A DNA stretch of 56,958 nt from Rhodospirillales bacterium (GTDB lineage Bacteria; Pseudomonadota; Alphaproteobacteria; Bin95): NCBI GenBank assembly GCA_008081395.1, contig VMCJ01000026.1, positions 1-56,958 of the forward strand, read 5' to 3'. Shown here piece after piece: positions 55,640-56,958 of the stretch. The notes under the pieces were generated by a model. It was not told the DNA's origin. It worked only from the letters and a program-made list of their open reading frames with translations, and did no database searches. The position numbers and the translations under genes were made by a program. Each line of letters starts with the position of its first letter. The stretch's first letter is position 1.

Positions 55640-56958
55640 ATGGAAGCTATAGCATCGGGCATTCGCCGCAATCCTGGCCTAACATTTTTACTAGTAGTGT
55701 TAGCGATCGTTGGTATCGCGTACGCCTACATTTTGAATATGTCGCCAGGAGGCCAGAAGGACCTCTTGTATTTCGTGCAAGACTACCTTCCGATTTTCAT
55801 GTTCTTTTCATTGGCGGCCTTATTATTCACGGGCTTCCCAGTTGCATTTATCTTAGGCGGATTATCATTCGTCTATGGAATTCTGGGTTACTTGCTCGGT
55901 ATGTTTTCGCTGATTGAGTTTTTCAATTTTATGCCTCGAATCTGGTTTAACGGGGCTGAAAACTTAGTTCTTGTGTCTATTCCTGCATTCGTCTTCATGG
56001 GCGTTATGATGGAGCGATCTGGCGTCGCCAACGATCTTCTCTACTGCGTTCAGGTGCTATTGAAGAAGGTGCCTGGTAGCTTAGCGCTCGCCGTTGTTGT
56101 TATGGGTACAGTGCTTGCAGCCATGACTGGAATTATCGGCGCGTCTGTGACGATGATGACCGCATTGGCGCTCCCCACTATGATACGTCAGGGATACAGC
56201 CACTCGCTAGCAACGGGCTGTATCGCAGCCTCTGGAACCCTAGGTATCCTTATACCTCCATCGATCATGCTTATTATTATGGCGGATTTGATGGCAGTTT
56301 CTGTCGGCAACATGTTCATGGCAGCGATTTTACCAGGATTGATGCTTGCTGGCTTTTATCTGCTTTTTGTGACCCTCTTTGCTACTTTTAATCCGAAGCA
56401 GGCTCCTCCATTACCCCCTGAACTTCTTCATGTTCCTCTGAGCCAATATCCACGGATGATTTTTAAGAGCTTTTTGCCGCCAGTGGCTCTTATTTTCATG
56501 ATTAAAGGTTCAATTTTATTTGGAATTGCTACGCCGTCTGAAGCTGGTGCTGTTGGCGCTTTTGGTACTCTTATACTCGCCATATTTAATCGCAGGCTAA
56601 CCTTCGAATTGCTGCAAGGTGTTTGTCATACATCTGCTCGCACAATTGCGATGATCTTCTTCATTATCGTAGCGGCCACCTGCTTTGCTTATGTGTATCG
56701 TTCACTTGGTGGCGATGACATCGTTGAGCATCTCATTACGTCAGCTGGCTTGAATTCATGGCAGCTTCTGTTCTTGCTAATGGGCATCACATTTATGCTG
56801 GGCTTCTTCCTTGATTGGATTGAGATTACATTAATCGTGTTGCCTGTTTTTGCTCCTCTTGTGGCAGGTCTGGATTTTGGTGACCACGTGGCGTCCAAGG
56901 ATGTAACTTTCTGGTTCCTTATCCTCATGGCAATCAACTTGCAGACGTCATTCCTGAC
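55640..56958 (+). CDS. TRAP transporter large permease (DctM family), 3'-truncated by the window edge
   Basis: Not in the ORF track because it has no stop. My own translation is open for 439 codons: MEAIASGIRRNPGLTFLLVVLAIVGIAYAYIL...FPVAFILGG...IPAFVFMGVMMERSG...GIIGASVTMM...GTLGILIPPS...LGFFLDWIEITLIVLPVFAPL...LMAINLQTSFL. Confidence 0.85.
   Translation, partial: MEAIASGIRRNPGLTFLLVVLAIVGIAYAYILNMSPGGQKDLLYFVQDYLPIFMFFSLAALLFTGFPVAFILGGLSFVYGILGYLLGMFSLIEFFNFMPRIWFNGAENLVLVSIPAFVFMGVMMERSGVANDLLYCVQVLLKKVPGSLALAVVVMGTVLAAMTGIIGASVTMMTALALPTMIRQGYSHSLATGCIAASGTLGILIPPSIMLIIMADLMAVSVGNMFMAAILPGLMLAGFYLLFVTLFATFNPKQAPPLPPELLHVPLSQYPRMIFKSFLPPVALIFMIKGSILFGIATPSEAGAVGAFGTLILAIFNRRLTFELLQGVCHTSARTIAMIFFIIVAATCFAYVYRSLGGDDIVEHLITSAGLNSWQLLFLLMGITFMLGFFLDWIEITLIVLPVFAPLVAGLDFGDHVASKDVTFWFLILMAINLQTSFL

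Noticed and set aside
56689-56937. An 82-aa minus-strand ORF near the right edge.
   Set aside because: It lies antisense within the continuous DctM reading frame, which has clear family motifs.

Overview
This is a dense chromosomal segment. The longest intergenic gap is about 220 nt. It most likely comes from a free-living, probably marine, alphaproteobacterium. That call rests on the conserved blocks tRNA-Leu/tig/clpP/clpX/lon and dnaB/alr/radA/cvpA/purF and a by-eye GC near 50% (not computed). A SAR116- or Rhodospirillales-like origin is only a guess. I support about 56 protein genes, including one that the ORF track omits because it runs off the right edge, plus 2 tRNAs and several terminator or attenuator hairpins. 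I see no rRNA, CRISPR array, IS element, integrase, phage or defence genes, and no classical one-component transcription factor. Housekeeping blocks alternate with acyl-CoA-centred catabolic and transport modules:
- three family-III CoA-transferases, two AMP-forming acyl-CoA synthetases, an acyl-CoA dehydrogenase, a crotonase-fold protein, a CoA-type Nudix hydrolase and four SDRs
- a Dpp/Opp-type ABC importer, a TRAP importer, two MFS transporters and a mlaEF pair
- glcDE, dgoKA and an orphan molybdo-hydroxylase maturation set (MoxR-VWA-XdhC-MocA)

The best candidates for something undescribed are:
1. A minus-strand operon of MFS, split ComDE-type ThDP decarboxylase and family-III CoA-transferase. 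Its layout mimics the oxalate OxlT/Oxc/Frc system but uses different parts, and its CoA-transferase paralogue has Ala where the catalytic Asp should be.
2. A translationally coupled acyl-CoA dehydrogenase, CoA-transferase and CoA-Nudix trio. It sits divergent from the ABC importer, which is followed by an MFS-crotonase-hydrolase operon.
3. glcDE without glcF but with a DAD-type cupin, a TRAP system with no DctQ between P and M, and mlaEF without an MCE partner.

All functional calls are motif-level recognition by eye. No database search was run.
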